Below, in pieces: positions 27,978 to 37,520 of a stretch of DNA of 64,000 nt. A model generated the notes under the pieces. The model saw only the letters and a list, made by a program, of their open reading frames with translations, ran no database searches and was not told the DNA's origin. The first letter of the stretch is position 1; each line of letters opens with the position of its first letter. The translations under genes and the position numbers were made by a program. The stretch lies in the sequence record PP793740.1; one strand, 5' to 3'.

Positions 27978-28217
27978 TTATTTCTTATAACTCTCAGGGC
28001 ATCCCATTTTGAGTTTGCCATCCTTTGGGTCTTCAGCGAATAATACTTCATCTGGACACTTCTTAACAGGAGTGTCCTTCGCCTTATCTTCCCATTCTAC
28101 AACAGGCATTTCTAATTTCTTACGAAATTGATACGTATCATAAAGAACATACGTAATCATTCCCATAAGAGAGATTACCCATACCCATGCAACAATTAGG
28201 ATGATTCTAGTTATCAT
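27978..28217 (-). CDS. small membrane-anchored protein
   Basis: IILIVAWVWVISLMGMITYVLY; two C-terminal Cys. Confidence 0.75.
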   Translation of the reverse strand: MITRIILIVAWVWVISLMGMITYVLYDTYQFRKKLEMPVVEWEDKAKDTPVKKCPDEVLFAEDPKDGKLKMGCPESYKK

Positions 28218-28584
28218 ACAACTCCTCGCCGACTATATTGAAACACCCATTACTGAGTTTTTCAGTCAGCATCTCACCAAGATCACTTCCCTCGCTCTTT
28301 GCCAAAAGCTTAAGTGCGGGATCAGTGAGATTTTGGTATATTACATCGACATTATCCAATGCGATATTAATAGCGAGTGCCTTATCACTCTGGTTTTTAT
28401 CTATGGCAATGGATAGTTCATCTTGCAGTATTGCATACATCTCCAATGGCTCACCGCCATTAGTGTAGAATTGAACCATATTCTTTGCCAAGCTGTGCAG
28501 CACGTAGCAAGATGACACGGTTACGGGTTGTGCATTAACCGACATTGCTACCATAGTGATAATGAGCGAGAAGACGTATTTCAT
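28207..28584 (-). CDS. secreted two-Cys protein, paralogue family
   Basis: signal MKYVFSLIITMVAMSVNA; TVSSC ... GCFNIVG. Confidence 0.75.
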   Translation of the reverse strand: MKYVFSLIITMVAMSVNAQPVTVSSCYVLHSLAKNMVQFYTNGGEPLEMYAILQDELSIAIDKNQSDKALAINIALDNVDVIYQNLTDPALKLLAKSEGSDLGEMLTEKLSNGCFNIVGEELYDN

Positions 28585-28616
28585 CCTATTTTCCTTTTGA
28601 AAGTATTCGATATGAA

Positions 28617-29072
28617 TTAAATGAGTTCAACGATTACCATGTGAGTGAATTTCTCACCAATATGCTTCATGCAGTAATTGCCATAATACCCGCTGATAAA
28701 AGCTGCCAGATTAGGAGTAGTCACATTGTAACCTTGACTACGGATATAATCATGGATCTCTTTACTGTTAAGGTCATTATTGATTTTATTAAGACTATTG
28801 AATACGAATGTTAACGCAATCCAATTATTGGTATCCAACTCATCTTTGAGTTTAGCAGAGTTGTTGAGCATAAGCACACCAACTTCATCTGCGCTATGAC
28901 CTTCACTCATTCGAAATACAGCTTGTTTAGTAATGGTTTCAACCATTGCACACGACTGCACAGTGAGTTGAGCATCTTTTTTACCAATCTTGATTTCAGC
29001 CATTGCGGTATTGAACATGATACCGGTAATGGCAATGAGACCAGCGAAAGCTGCTGCAATTACATTTTTCAT
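28617..29072 (-). CDS. secreted two-Cys protein, paralogue family
   Basis: signal ending AMA; TVQSC ... YCMKHIG. Confidence 0.75.
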   Translation of the reverse strand: MKNVIAAAFAGLIAITGIMFNTAMAEIKIGKKDAQLTVQSCAMVETITKQAVFRMSEGHSADEVGVLMLNNSAKLKDELDTNNWIALTFVFNSLNKINNDLNSKEIHDYIRSQGYNVTTPNLAAFISGYYGNYCMKHIGEKFTHMVIVELI

Positions 29073-29089
29073 TTTAAATCCTTCTTCAT

Positions 29090-29473
29090 TTATTTAATGG
29101 TAAGAATAGTAATTTTTTCAGGATTTACTGGAACTTTAATTTTAGATTTATGTTGGAGAAACTCAACAACCACCATAGACTTATCCATTTTATACACTTC
29201 ACATACTTTGACAAGCCTATCTACTACGCAACCAATTTTACCGGCATTTTGAGAAAAGAAAGATTTTGCTTTTCTAATAGCCTCGCGTTTCTCAAGCATT
29301 TCCATACGCATATTTTCAATATGTTTATCGCGTTGAACACGATTAAACTTACGCATATGTCGTTCGATCTTACTAATTTCAGAAGAGTGTAATGAATAAG
29401 CAGCAGCTTCTTTCAGTTTCTCATATACTTCCACTGCCATTACCACGTGATCATCTTCAAAATTTCTTTTCAT
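29090..29473 (-). CDS. hypothetical protein
   Basis: ORF track; charged helical N-half. Confidence 0.75.
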   Translation of the reverse strand: MKRNFEDDHVVMAVEVYEKLKEAAAYSLHSSEISKIERHMRKFNRVQRDKHIENMRMEMLEKREAIRKAKSFFSQNAGKIGCVVDRLVKVCEVYKMDKSMVVVEFLQHKSKIKVPVNPEKITILTIK

Positions 29474-29486
29474 ATCTATGCCTTTT

Positions 29487-30281
29487 TCACTGTTTGATTA
29501 AATTTGACACTGCTTCTTGTTTACATTGAGTATTCATCCATAATGCAATGTCTTTGGGTTCTTGTCCAGTTTCCACCATATCGATAATGATACGGGTATT
29601 ACGTTGTGCTTTCTCACGGGCATTTAACATATCAGGATCATTAATAATGAATTCCCTACCCATAACTGGATCTAATCCAATATAAGCTTTAGATGCAATA
29701 GTTCTCACCATTGCTTCATATTGGTCACATCCACGTTCAGTTAATACAAGGTTATCTGCATTGGCACTACCGCCAAATAGCAAACCTAGGAATCCATAGA
29801 AAAAAGTGTGACGTATTGTCTTCCAACAAATACGCATCTCTTCATTTTTTGTATAAAGCTTTTCCCAATCAAACATTAAATAGAAACTTTCTTTTTGGAT
29901 AGAAGGGTGTAACCAAATAGGTTTAATACTTACTTCAAGAAGTTTACTATTTGGATTTTTACCAATAAAGATAACTTCAACAATGGCTCGTGCTAAAGCA
30001 TCTTTTTCTTTACCATTCCATCCAAATTTTATTTCATCAGCCGTGATATAAAGACGTATTCCGTCACCCACGTATTTGGGTAACCAAACAGCTTTACCTA
30101 GTTGCATTGGAACACTATTAGGGATCCCCCCAACCATCCAGGTAGCATTGGTGAAATGAATAGCGACATCATCATTTAACCACTTTAGAATAGCTGGCCT
30201 TACCCAGCTATCTACCAAATTACCACATGTCAATGCAGCTAGCATAGCCATGAGTATAATGACAATATAAATACTAACCAT
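29487..30281 (-). CDS. membrane protein with C-terminal two-Cys family domain
   Basis: N-terminal TM; internal FFYGFLGLLFGGSANA then TERGC ... QCKQ. Confidence 0.7.
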   Translation of the reverse strand: MVSIYIVIILMAMLAALTCGNLVDSWVRPAILKWLNDDVAIHFTNATWMVGGIPNSVPMQLGKAVWLPKYVGDGIRLYITADEIKFGWNGKEKDALARAIVEVIFIGKNPNSKLLEVSIKPIWLHPSIQKESFYLMFDWEKLYTKNEEMRICWKTIRHTFFYGFLGLLFGGSANADNLVLTERGCDQYEAMVRTIASKAYIGLDPVMGREFIINDPDMLNAREKAQRNTRIIIDMVETGQEPKDIALWMNTQCKQEAVSNLIKQ

Positions 30282-30284
30282 ATT

Positions 30285-30644
30285 CTACTCCAAGTTAAAT
30301 TTAGTACCAATTGCTTCAACACAGTTTTCAGCTAGCCTATCTAGAATAGCTCCATTGGTAAATCCTTTTCGTTTATTTACGCGAATATCAACTAAGTTTA
30401 ATTTAGCATATACGGTACCTGCATAGAACTCTAAGTCATCCATATCCTTACGAGAGATCATATCTAACTGCATCATTATCTCAAATTGGGATAGGTTCTT
30501 ATCATAAAGCTCAGTTGCTTTTTGTGAAAGATTTACTGCCACATTACATGATTTCTTAGTAATACCCACTTCTACAGCGTGGGCAGGCTGACATGCAATG
30601 GACAGGATTGGCAGGAAAAGGAATAATAGCCAATTCTTAAGCAT
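30285..30644 (-). CDS. secreted two-Cys protein, paralogue family
   Basis: signal ending AHA; TKKSC ... NCVEAIG. Confidence 0.75.
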   Translation of the reverse strand: MLKNWLLFLFLPILSIACQPAHAVEVGITKKSCNVAVNLSQKATELYDKNLSQFEIMMQLDMISRKDMDDLEFYAGTVYAKLNLVDIRVNKRKGFTNGAILDRLAENCVEAIGTKFNLE

Positions 30645-30656
30645 GTTGTACCTCCA

Positions 30657-31064
30657 TTATTTTAGAGTAAGTGGTTTTGCTTCAAACGCACCTGCCGCTA
30701 CACAACGCTGGAAATAACCATCAATGATGAATTTCTCAGGAGTGGTCTTATAGACTTTAGCAGCATTTGTTGCACGTGGCAAACTTGCCTCAATTGCCAT
30801 TTTATCTACCTTAGACCATAGGTAAAATAGACCAGTGAGTTCTTCAACTTTAGACTGGTTGGTCTTTAGATCTTTAGTGTTATTAAGGATATAATGAATC
30901 CTTTCATAAGTCTTCATTTGCACTTCAGTTACAGATGCACCTTTTACAAACAATTCATCTGCCTGTTTTACAAACTCGATGCATGAATCACGATTAGTGT
31001 ACATGACAGCCGAGTTAGCAGTGATAGTTACAATAGACAACATAAATGCAATTACATATTTCAT
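30657..31064 (-). CDS. secreted two-Cys protein, paralogue family
   Basis: signal MKYVIAFMLSIVTITANS; TNRDSC ... RCVAAG. Confidence 0.75.
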   Translation of the reverse strand: MKYVIAFMLSIVTITANSAVMYTNRDSCIEFVKQADELFVKGASVTEVQMKTYERIHYILNNTKDLKTNQSKVEELTGLFYLWSKVDKMAIEASLPRATNAAKVYKTTPEKFIIDGYFQRCVAAGAFEAKPLTLK

Positions 31065-31090
31065 AATGAATTACCTCAAAATTAATTTTA

Positions 31091-31354
31091 TTAACTATTG
31101 GTTTCACCACGAGTATTGAATTCTAAATCCAATACAACTTTAGTAAATTCTTCCAGTGCACCACCCTCGTAGATGAGTGGGTCACTGTCACCCCGGTACA
31201 TGCTACCTACCGGTACTTGACCACGAAACACCATCAGCATATCGTTTTTTACTATGACATGATGTTCATCCCCGACAGCAATGTCTTGGATGTGTCTCCA
31301 GCGTTCACGCAGTAAGCTGCAAGCGCACCATACGGATTTCAAACGTTCAGTCAT
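31091..31354 (-). CDS. hypothetical protein
   Basis: first gene after promoter motif. Confidence 0.7.
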   Translation of the reverse strand: MTERLKSVWCACSLLRERWRHIQDIAVGDEHHVIVKNDMLMVFRGQVPVGSMYRGDSDPLIYEGGALEEFTKVVLDLEFNTRGETNS

Positions 31355-31386
31355 TGTATTGCCCTCTTGGTTATTAAATTCATATT

Positions 31387-31410
31387 TGTAATATAGCTTT
31401 TTAAATAGTT
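31387..31410 (-). promoter_or_regulatory. phiKZ-type early promoter
   Basis: transcribed strand TTTAAAAAGCTATATTACA. Confidence 0.75.
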
Positions 31411-31434
31411 TAAATACAAAAAAAGATAAATAAA

Positions 31435-31454
31435 ACCCTCCCCGAAGGGAGGGT
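31435..31454 (-). terminator. terminator
   Basis: ACCCTCCC-CGAA-GGGAGGGT. Confidence 0.8.
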
Positions 31455-31472
31455 GTATATTAAGTAATTATT

Positions 31473-32129
31473 TTAACATACAATTTCATTATCAGAAAAT
31501 AGTTTATTATATTCTTTTAGTGCATCCCCACCAACCATAGTACACCTGCCATAGAGAACAGATATAGCCAGATCTTTAATAGCGGGGTGACAATTATTTA
31601 ACTTACTGATTAGTTGAGCTTTCTCAGTCAGATACAGTTCAGCAAAATCAGGCTTATCATTAACAATCGACCACATGTTTGAAATGGAATCTAGTAACTT
31701 AAGAGATTGACCACTCCATGAAATGCGAGAAAGTCTTTCATGTTGTAAACTAATCCTAGTTTTACGATTACCTTCGTAAGTTACATTTGTTAGTTCAGTT
31801 ACTAAATTAACAACAGGGATTGAGAATAGTTTAGTTAGATCAGAAGCAGTTACAGCAGTATCCTCAATTACATCATGTAACCATGCTGCTTTATAAGCAG
31901 CGTGAGATAGGTCGAATAATTGCGCCATCTCAGCTACTTGTAATAAATGATGCCAGTAAGGTTTTCCTGAACCATCTCGCAATTGACCAACAGCAGTATG
32001 TGCCGCAATGGCATATGATGCAGCCATTGCATTACCCGCATTGGAATATTTGCCATTACCTAGATGGTTAGTTAAGAGAATATTCTCTTTCCCTCCTTCT
32101 AGAATATCGATAATTTCATTCATTAGCAT
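31473..32129 (-). CDS. HD-domain (p)ppGpp hydrolase-like protein (small alarmone hydrolase, Mesh1/SpoT-like)
   Basis: AHTAVGQLRDGSGKPYWHHLLQV; AAWLHDVIEDT; VVNLVTELT; KLLDSISN. Confidence 0.85.
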   Translation of the reverse strand: MLMNEIIDILEGGKENILLTNHLGNGKYSNAGNAMAASYAIAAHTAVGQLRDGSGKPYWHHLLQVAEMAQLFDLSHAAYKAAWLHDVIEDTAVTASDLTKLFSIPVVNLVTELTNVTYEGNRKTRISLQHERLSRISWSGQSLKLLDSISNMWSIVNDKPDFAELYLTEKAQLISKLNNCHPAIKDLAISVLYGRCTMVGGDALKEYNKLFSDNEIVC

Positions 32130-32159
32130 AGCTATATTCCTATTTAAATTATTGGAAAC

Positions 32160-32594
32160 CTAATATAGGTCTTCACTAAATAAATATTTAGTTACTAATC
32201 TATTTTCTAATTCAGCTCGATATAACTGATTATTATTCTTAGCGATAATTACTGCTTCTTCCCTAGAGTGGAAGTTTTCATACTGATCAATAAAACCTTG
32301 TTCATGATCATCTCCTGCATATTCATGCAATACCTTAAGACCACCATACATTAGCTGTTGTTGAGTCATTATGATTGATGAATGCCTCGCTGCAATGAAA
32401 TAAACATCCTTCCATCTATTGCAGGCGGCAACTATCCTTAATTTCACATCGGGATGTTGTTCCCACCACCATAGACCAGTTTCCTCATTCCAATACCTTT
32501 CTTTCATTTGAGTTTTTCTAAACTCGCCTTGTATGTCTAAAAGTCTAAATGCCTCTTCTTTAGACATAGCTTGTAGAATAGGATACTTATCCAT
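32160..32594 (-). CDS. conserved phage hypothetical protein
   Basis: RIVAACN...RH...QGFIDQ...SREEA...LFSEDLY pattern. Confidence 0.75.
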   Translation of the reverse strand: MDKYPILQAMSKEEAFRLLDIQGEFRKTQMKERYWNEETGLWWWEQHPDVKLRIVAACNRWKDVYFIAARHSSIIMTQQQLMYGGLKVLHEYAGDDHEQGFIDQYENFHSREEAVIIAKNNNQLYRAELENRLVTKYLFSEDLY

Positions 32595-32623
32595 TTAATA
32601 CAGATACCTAATTGCGAAATAGA

Positions 32624-32643
32624 AAGAGCCCCGAAGGGCTCTT
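32624..32643 (-). terminator. terminator
   Basis: AAGAGCCC-CGAA-GGGCTCTT. Confidence 0.8.
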
Positions 32644-32644
32644 A

Positions 32645-33001
32645 TTATACAAGTAGCTTTTCAATAGTGAAGCTTGTCCAGACCATTGCCCTATAACCAA
32701 CACTCTCTTCAGTATAAGTGATATCATCAAACTTATTAGGTGGCATGAAACCACGTTGTGTACTAGCATCAGTCACAACAAGATTAGAATCTTTTAAAGT
32801 TTCATTTAGAGCCTTAAGTTTATCCTTACTAATTGATCCCTTAACATGGAACTTAAAATAAGCATAGCCTTTATGATTGATACGACAACTGTCAAGAACA
32901 GTTTGTTTATCATTCATTTGACTCATCAGATCACTAATAACTGCATCATCTACAGGAGTATCATCATTGACAATATTGATTAATTCAATATAAGTTGGCA
33001 T
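32645..33001 (-). CDS. hypothetical protein
   Basis: ORF track; AAGGA RBS. Confidence 0.75.
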   Translation of the reverse strand: MPTYIELINIVNDDTPVDDAVISDLMSQMNDKQTVLDSCRINHKGYAYFKFHVKGSISKDKLKALNETLKDSNLVVTDASTQRGFMPPNKFDDITYTEESVGYRAMVWTSFTIEKLLV

Positions 33002-33058
33002 TCTTTTTGTTTCCTTAATTAGATAAACTACATAAGATAATTTTTAATTGATATTCTA

Positions 33059-33958
33059 TTAAATTTTTAATAGGAGTCCACTGTGATTAAATGAGATAAT
33101 ACAGTTATGTCCCATCATGGCAATATGATAAGATATTATATTATCACGTGTATCATTTGAAATCTTGTTCACCTTAAATTCATTCATGATCGCATTATGA
33201 ATGGCTAAGTCTTTTTCTCGATACTGCTTTGAGAAAAACATAATATCATTATGATTAATATTGATAGTATCCATTGTATTAAGAAAATCTTCAACATCAA
33301 ACTTTTTAATAGTTTCAGATTTTCCAACACAACGCTCGGTTTTATCAATTAATGAAAAACCAATAGTCCTAATTGGTTCATCCTTATTATGGAAGCTATA
33401 ATTGGTAATACTCATACCTACCAATAGTCCATTTTTATCTACATTAACTACTTTAGAATCAGTGTACTTATAAATATCATTGATTGCATAACCAGCTGAA
33501 TATAATACATCTTTAAAATGACTAGTTACTTTATCAATAATAAAGTTTTGATAATCTGATTGATATAGTTTATCACTATATTCAAGCTTTTTGATAATAT
33601 CACTTAGTTCATGATACACATTAGTAAAACTATTCGAAAAATAATTATCTTTTATTCCTAACCTAGTTAACAGATCTAGCTGGATTTCTTTTTTAGATAG
33701 TTTCGTAGAATTACTAAGTTTTTCAATGACGGATGTAATTGTACGTAGATCAATTGCTAGTGAAAGTGATTTAAAGATATTATTAATTGGTGTATCAGAT
33801 AGCTTTGAAATAGCTATTAGTAGATTATCTAATTCATCATTAGTAATTTTCAGTTCTTTCACAATGTCATTATATTCAATTAGTTTACCATCAATAATAT
33901 TACAGATTAGAAGTTTATGTAATTCTTTAATAGTGGTATTAACTTGTAGATTATTCAT
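33059..33958 (-). CDS. hypothetical protein
   Basis: 299-aa ORF. Confidence 0.8.
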
Positions 33959-33978
33959 TTTTTTACCTTTTAGTTAAT

Positions 33979-34416
33979 TTAAAATTTATTTACAGTTCTA
34001 AGAAAATATTCAGATGGATCGTCGAAGAAGACAATACTATCAACAACACTATTTTGTCGAGTACACCTTACTTTGATAAGATTATATTCTCTGAATTTAT
34101 TAAGACCCCAAGCTTCTTTAGCACGATGGCGTAATCCACTACCAACAATAGCCCCATACCTAGTTTGTTCAACAAATAAATAAACATCCCAGCCATGATG
34201 ATTATCATGGTATTTTGCGTAGTATTTATTGTCTTTAGTTTTGTTTAAACTAAGACTATACCTTTCTGTCTGTAGTTGATTAATATTCGATTTAATCATT
34301 TCATTTAATTTGGGTTCCACTATATGAATGACATCGCCAGCAGTAGTGGCCATTACCTTTAGTTTGTGATGCACGTTCGTAAGAACGTCCTCCCAAATGT
34401 TAGTAACTACGTCCAT
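33979..34416 (-). CDS. hypothetical protein
   Basis: first gene after promoter motif. Confidence 0.75.
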   Translation of the reverse strand: MDVVTNIWEDVLTNVHHKLKVMATTAGDVIHIVEPKLNEMIKSNINQLQTERYSLSLNKTKDNKYYAKYHDNHHGWDVYLFVEQTRYGAIVGSGLRHRAKEAWGLNKFREYNLIKVRCTRQNSVVDSIVFFDDPSEYFLRTVNKF

Positions 34417-34460
34417 CTATTAAAACCTCGACACATTAATTTGATTTTGTAATACACACA

Positions 34461-34521
34461 TGTAATATATATCTCAAATAAAATTTAGTGCAATAGCCCT
34501 CCCCGAAGGGAGGGCTTTATG
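34461..34521 (-). repeat. terminator plus early-promoter cassette, copy A1
   Basis: 34471-34521 is 51 bp identical to 49943-49993; GTAATA core at 34462-34467; hairpin 34496-34515. Confidence 0.9.
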
Positions 34522-34527
34522 CTCTTA

Positions 34528-34857
34528 TTATCTGTTAACTACACGGTAATTATCAATAATAAAATCGATATGTTGTTCAACCTCAGCTAGGAAACACCCA
34601 TAGGTGAATCGATCTAGTTTATTAAGGGCCTCAGTTAGTAGAGGTTCGATATAAATATTTACTTCAGCTGTTGAGGGTACTTCTACATATTTGTTTTCAT
34701 ATTCGGTGAGTTTCTCTTTTACTTTTGTCAATTGCTTTTTATAATAGATTTCCATAGCCAGTTCTTTATAAACTGAATGCACACCATTGCAAATGCTATA
34801 ACCAAATGCCAGTCCGCCCAGCACCAGAATACCAGTAGAAATAGTGGACATATTCAT
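34528..34857 (-). CDS. small membrane-anchored protein
   Basis: ISTGILVLGGLAFGYSIC; flanked by promoter and terminator. Confidence 0.75.
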   Translation of the reverse strand: MNMSTISTGILVLGGLAFGYSICNGVHSVYKELAMEIYYKKQLTKVKEKLTEYENKYVEVPSTAEVNIYIEPLLTEALNKLDRFTYGCFLAEVEQHIDFIIDNYRVVNR

Positions 34858-34892
34858 GGTATATCTCCTTTTTTCAAGATTGAATTCACTGT

Positions 34893-34922
34893 TGTAATAT
34901 ACTGTTTAAATATGTTTGAATA
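34893..34922 (-). promoter_or_regulatory. phiKZ-type early promoter
   Basis: transcribed strand TTTAAACAGTATATTACA. Confidence 0.8.
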
Positions 34923-34941
34923 CAAAAAAACACAATATAAA

Positions 34942-34959
34942 ACCTCCCCGAAGGGAGGT
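34942..34959 (-). terminator. terminator
   Basis: ACCTCCC-CGAA-GGGAGGT. Confidence 0.8.
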
Positions 34960-34986
34960 ATTTATGGTAACTTTGTAAAATACTTA

Positions 34987-35517
34987 TTATAGTTGAAAGT
35001 CTTTATCTTCTTCAATGATTTTATAACCTGGTGAATTAACTATATTTTTATTTAAACGAACTCGTTCATCTACTAAGTATTTAACTACTTTAAGTAATTG
35101 ACTTATCGACAGGTCATTATTTCCATCAGTATCTGATTTAAAGATACGACCACTGGTAGGTGAAGAATTTGTAAAACAAATACTACTTTCATCATCTACA
35201 TAAATATCGTAATACCATACTGCATGTGGCTTTTCAGTATTACTTATGACGAATACTAAAAATAGATCTTCATCATCACCTTGACCACACAGGATCCCGA
35301 TATTTTTTCGATGCGTTATACCACCTGTAATTACCAGGCCATTAACATCATCACTGAATTTAAATATACTATAACCACCTTCAAGTTTACCATTTTCAAA
35401 ATACTGTAATAGTGCACCACCTACTACAGCACCCCATGAAAAGAAGTTATCTTTATTTAAAATATCAGTCATTTTAAAAATCCTCTTTGGGTTCAATAAG
35501 TCAAGAATAAAGAACAA
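34987..35517 (-). CDS. hypothetical protein
   Basis: ORF track; true start probably MTDIL at 35472. Confidence 0.7.
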   Translation of the reverse strand: MFFILDLLNPKRIFKMTDILNKDNFFSWGAVVGGALLQYFENGKLEGGYSIFKFSDDVNGLVITGGITHRKNIGILCGQGDDEDLFLVFVISNTEKPHAVWYYDIYVDDESSICFTNSSPTSGRIFKSDTDGNNDLSISQLLKVVKYLVDERVRLNKNIVNSPGYKIIEEDKDFQL

Positions 35518-35592
35518 ACATATCAGTTAGGATATTTTTTGTTTATTCCATAATTATCTTTTAGACTAAATATAAGTTATAAAACAACATAA

Positions 35593-35621
35593 AAAGAGAG
35601 AGGAATTTATCCTCTCTCTTT
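35593..35621 (-). terminator. terminator
   Basis: AAAGAGAGAGGA-ATTTA-TCCTCTCTCTTT. Confidence 0.8.
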
Positions 35622-35637
35622 ATGCAATCAAATAGTT

Positions 35638-35760
35638 TTATTCTTTTTGCTTTTCTTTAGCTTCCCGCTTAGCTTTAAGCTCTGCGTTATTTAAACGCCA
35701 TGCGGCTTGCATAGTAGCTAGATTGACAAATTTAGGCTGTTGCTTATTTTTAACTTTCAT
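35638..35760 (-). CDS. 40-aa basic peptide (not in ORF track)
   Basis: hand translation MKVKNKQQPKFVNLATMQAAWRLNNAELKAKREAKEKQKE; GGA RBS. Confidence 0.6.
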   Translation of the reverse strand: MKVKNKQQPKFVNLATMQAAWRLNNAELKAKREAKEKQKE

Positions 35761-35831
35761 TTAATTATTCCAAATTTATTTCGAATGGTTAATCTAAACT
35801 ATTAAATTGCTTCGTACTCTTCATACATTGT

Positions 35832-36125
35832 TCAATCCTCATTTAGCTCAGCAATGTCTCTACTAATTTCAGTTAATTGTTCTTTTAATGAAATATTAAT
35901 TTTAATCTCATTAAGAGTAAGTCTATTCCAACGCTTACGGGGATTACCACATAGCATACAACGAGACCTACCACAATTAAATGGATTATGTTTACGCCAT
36001 TTACCTTTAGCTTTTGCTGAAGGATTGGTGTCGCCATAACGACTTGCGGCTAGTGAGACATAATAATTAACTATACGAGTATTGTGATGATGATTGAGTT
36101 GTGCAGATAGTTTGTTGCTTGACAT
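35832..36125 (-). CDS. small basic putative zinc-binding protein
   Basis: HNPFNCGRSRCMLCGNPRK...TLNE. Confidence 0.7.
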   Translation of the reverse strand: MSSNKLSAQLNHHHNTRIVNYYVSLAASRYGDTNPSAKAKGKWRKHNPFNCGRSRCMLCGNPRKRWNRLTLNEIKINISLKEQLTEISRDIAELNED

Positions 36126-36214
36126 ATTTATACCCCACCTTAATACCCCTACCCCAATATGGAGTAGGGTAACGTATGTAATGGAGTATATTAGATGAAT
36201 ATGTTTTTAACATA

Positions 36215-36709
36215 TTAACTTTCCATGATATCAAGAATATCTAGTAAACGGCCATGCACCGTCTTTAAGAAATTATAATCTTGATTATTTGTCCATCTAA
36301 AATGTTTTAATGCTTTGGTAGTATTTTCTAGGCAGTCGACATACTTATAAAGATTGATGGTATATGATCGATTATTAAGATTAGGATGAGTAGTAACTGG
36401 AATAATATAATTCAAGATAGTGTATTCATTAACAATACGACTATTATCGTGTTCTACAATAATAGGCATTTTATCAATGTATTCTTGAGCTTCTTTTTCT
36501 TTTAGAATATAATCTTCCCGTTCAACAATCTCATGTAATAATGGACCTAAGAAGTCCATTGGAATTTTACCATAGGTTTTGGTAAATTTCTTAATATCTT
36601 CATAAGTTACCTCTGGATTAGGATAGATATTATCCTTACGATTAGTAACCATGTATAGTTTTTCTAGTACTAGGATATTCTCAATACATACTTCTTTTTT
36701 AAATAACAT
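36215..36709 (-). CDS. hypothetical protein
   Basis: ORF track. Confidence 0.75.
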   Translation of the reverse strand: MLFKKEVCIENILVLEKLYMVTNRKDNIYPNPEVTYEDIKKFTKTYGKIPMDFLGPLLHEIVEREDYILKEKEAQEYIDKMPIIVEHDNSRIVNEYTILNYIIPVTTHPNLNNRSYTINLYKYVDCLENTTKALKHFRWTNNQDYNFLKTVHGRLLDILDIMES

Positions 36710-36769
36710 AGTATATTTCCTTTTAATAAGATGGTATTAGACTTTTTTCTTTATTGACTAATATTTTCT

Positions 36770-37198
36770 TCATTCGGTACCAGGTAGTTTTACGAATGTG
36801 TCGAGCTTGTACTGGTCAACAAAATGCCAGGCTAGGTCGGTAAGTGCATAGATGTCCGGACGTTTATATTTACCGAAGTTGGGTTTCTCTTTAGCCAGAT
36901 GGAAGTCAATGAACCGATCCAGAACTGGGCAACGATCAATCAGATCCTATTCAGTAGCTCCAACCTTAGCGTTAACCAATTCTTGGATACGTTTATACAA
37001 GATAGGATCTGACAGGATAGGTAACAGTTCATGGAAAACCATGGGCGGATGTTCATGGCTAGTCTCAACCCACAATGCTGCAAGGAGAGGACGCAATGAA
37101 TAGAAGTATTTCTTCATCCGAACCTTCTCATCTGACAACCAACGCATTTTGTTTTGTTTGGCCATCGAGATATAATGCATGTAACTCGATACAATGGA
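36770..37198 (-). pseudogene. C-terminal remnant of a YcgL-like nucleotidyltransferase with internal amber stop
   Basis: HYISMAKQN...KKYFYSLRPLLAALWVE...PPMVF...GATE*DLIDRCPVLDRFID; N-terminal catalytic core absent. Confidence 0.7.
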
Positions 37199-37492
37199 TC
37201 ACCGAGTTCTGCCAAGCGCTCGTTGACCTTATCGAGGAAGTAAGGTGAGATCGGGTTGATAGCCTTACCAGCAGTATCCATCAGTAGATTGTCGATAAGG
37301 AATGCCGTGGTATATTTCCTGACAGCTGCTTCAAAATCAGCCATTGATTGATGGTAACCGAGAGCTGGAAGATCATCCAAATAGAGCTTCTTCATCTCAG
37401 TATAATTGGGTAAAGCGAACCATTGGGAGATAACTTTCTCACCAACTTTGATATTTTCAATATTACTGGGTAGATCACTTTTTTACAAACAT
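37114..37492 (-). pseudogene. hypothetical gene with probable +1 frameshift near the start
   Basis: GAGG RBS and ATG at 37492 are out of frame by one base at an A6 run (37479-37484). Confidence 0.55.
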
Positions 37493-37520
37493 TTGGACCT
37501 CACATGTTTACGATATAAAA

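Noticed and set aside
20815-36949. Amber (TAG) recoding or readthrough, suggested by in-frame continuation after TAG at 36947 and at 20906
   Set aside because: Other lesions nearby are TAA and a frameshift, several normal genes end in TAG, long genes have no internal TAG, and no suppressor tRNA is visible
37475-37492. A-AAA-AAG slippery heptamer before a stop as a programmed -1 frameshift
   Set aside because: The -1 frame closes after about 28 codons; joining the downstream gene needs +1, so a single-base insertion or homopolymer error is simpler
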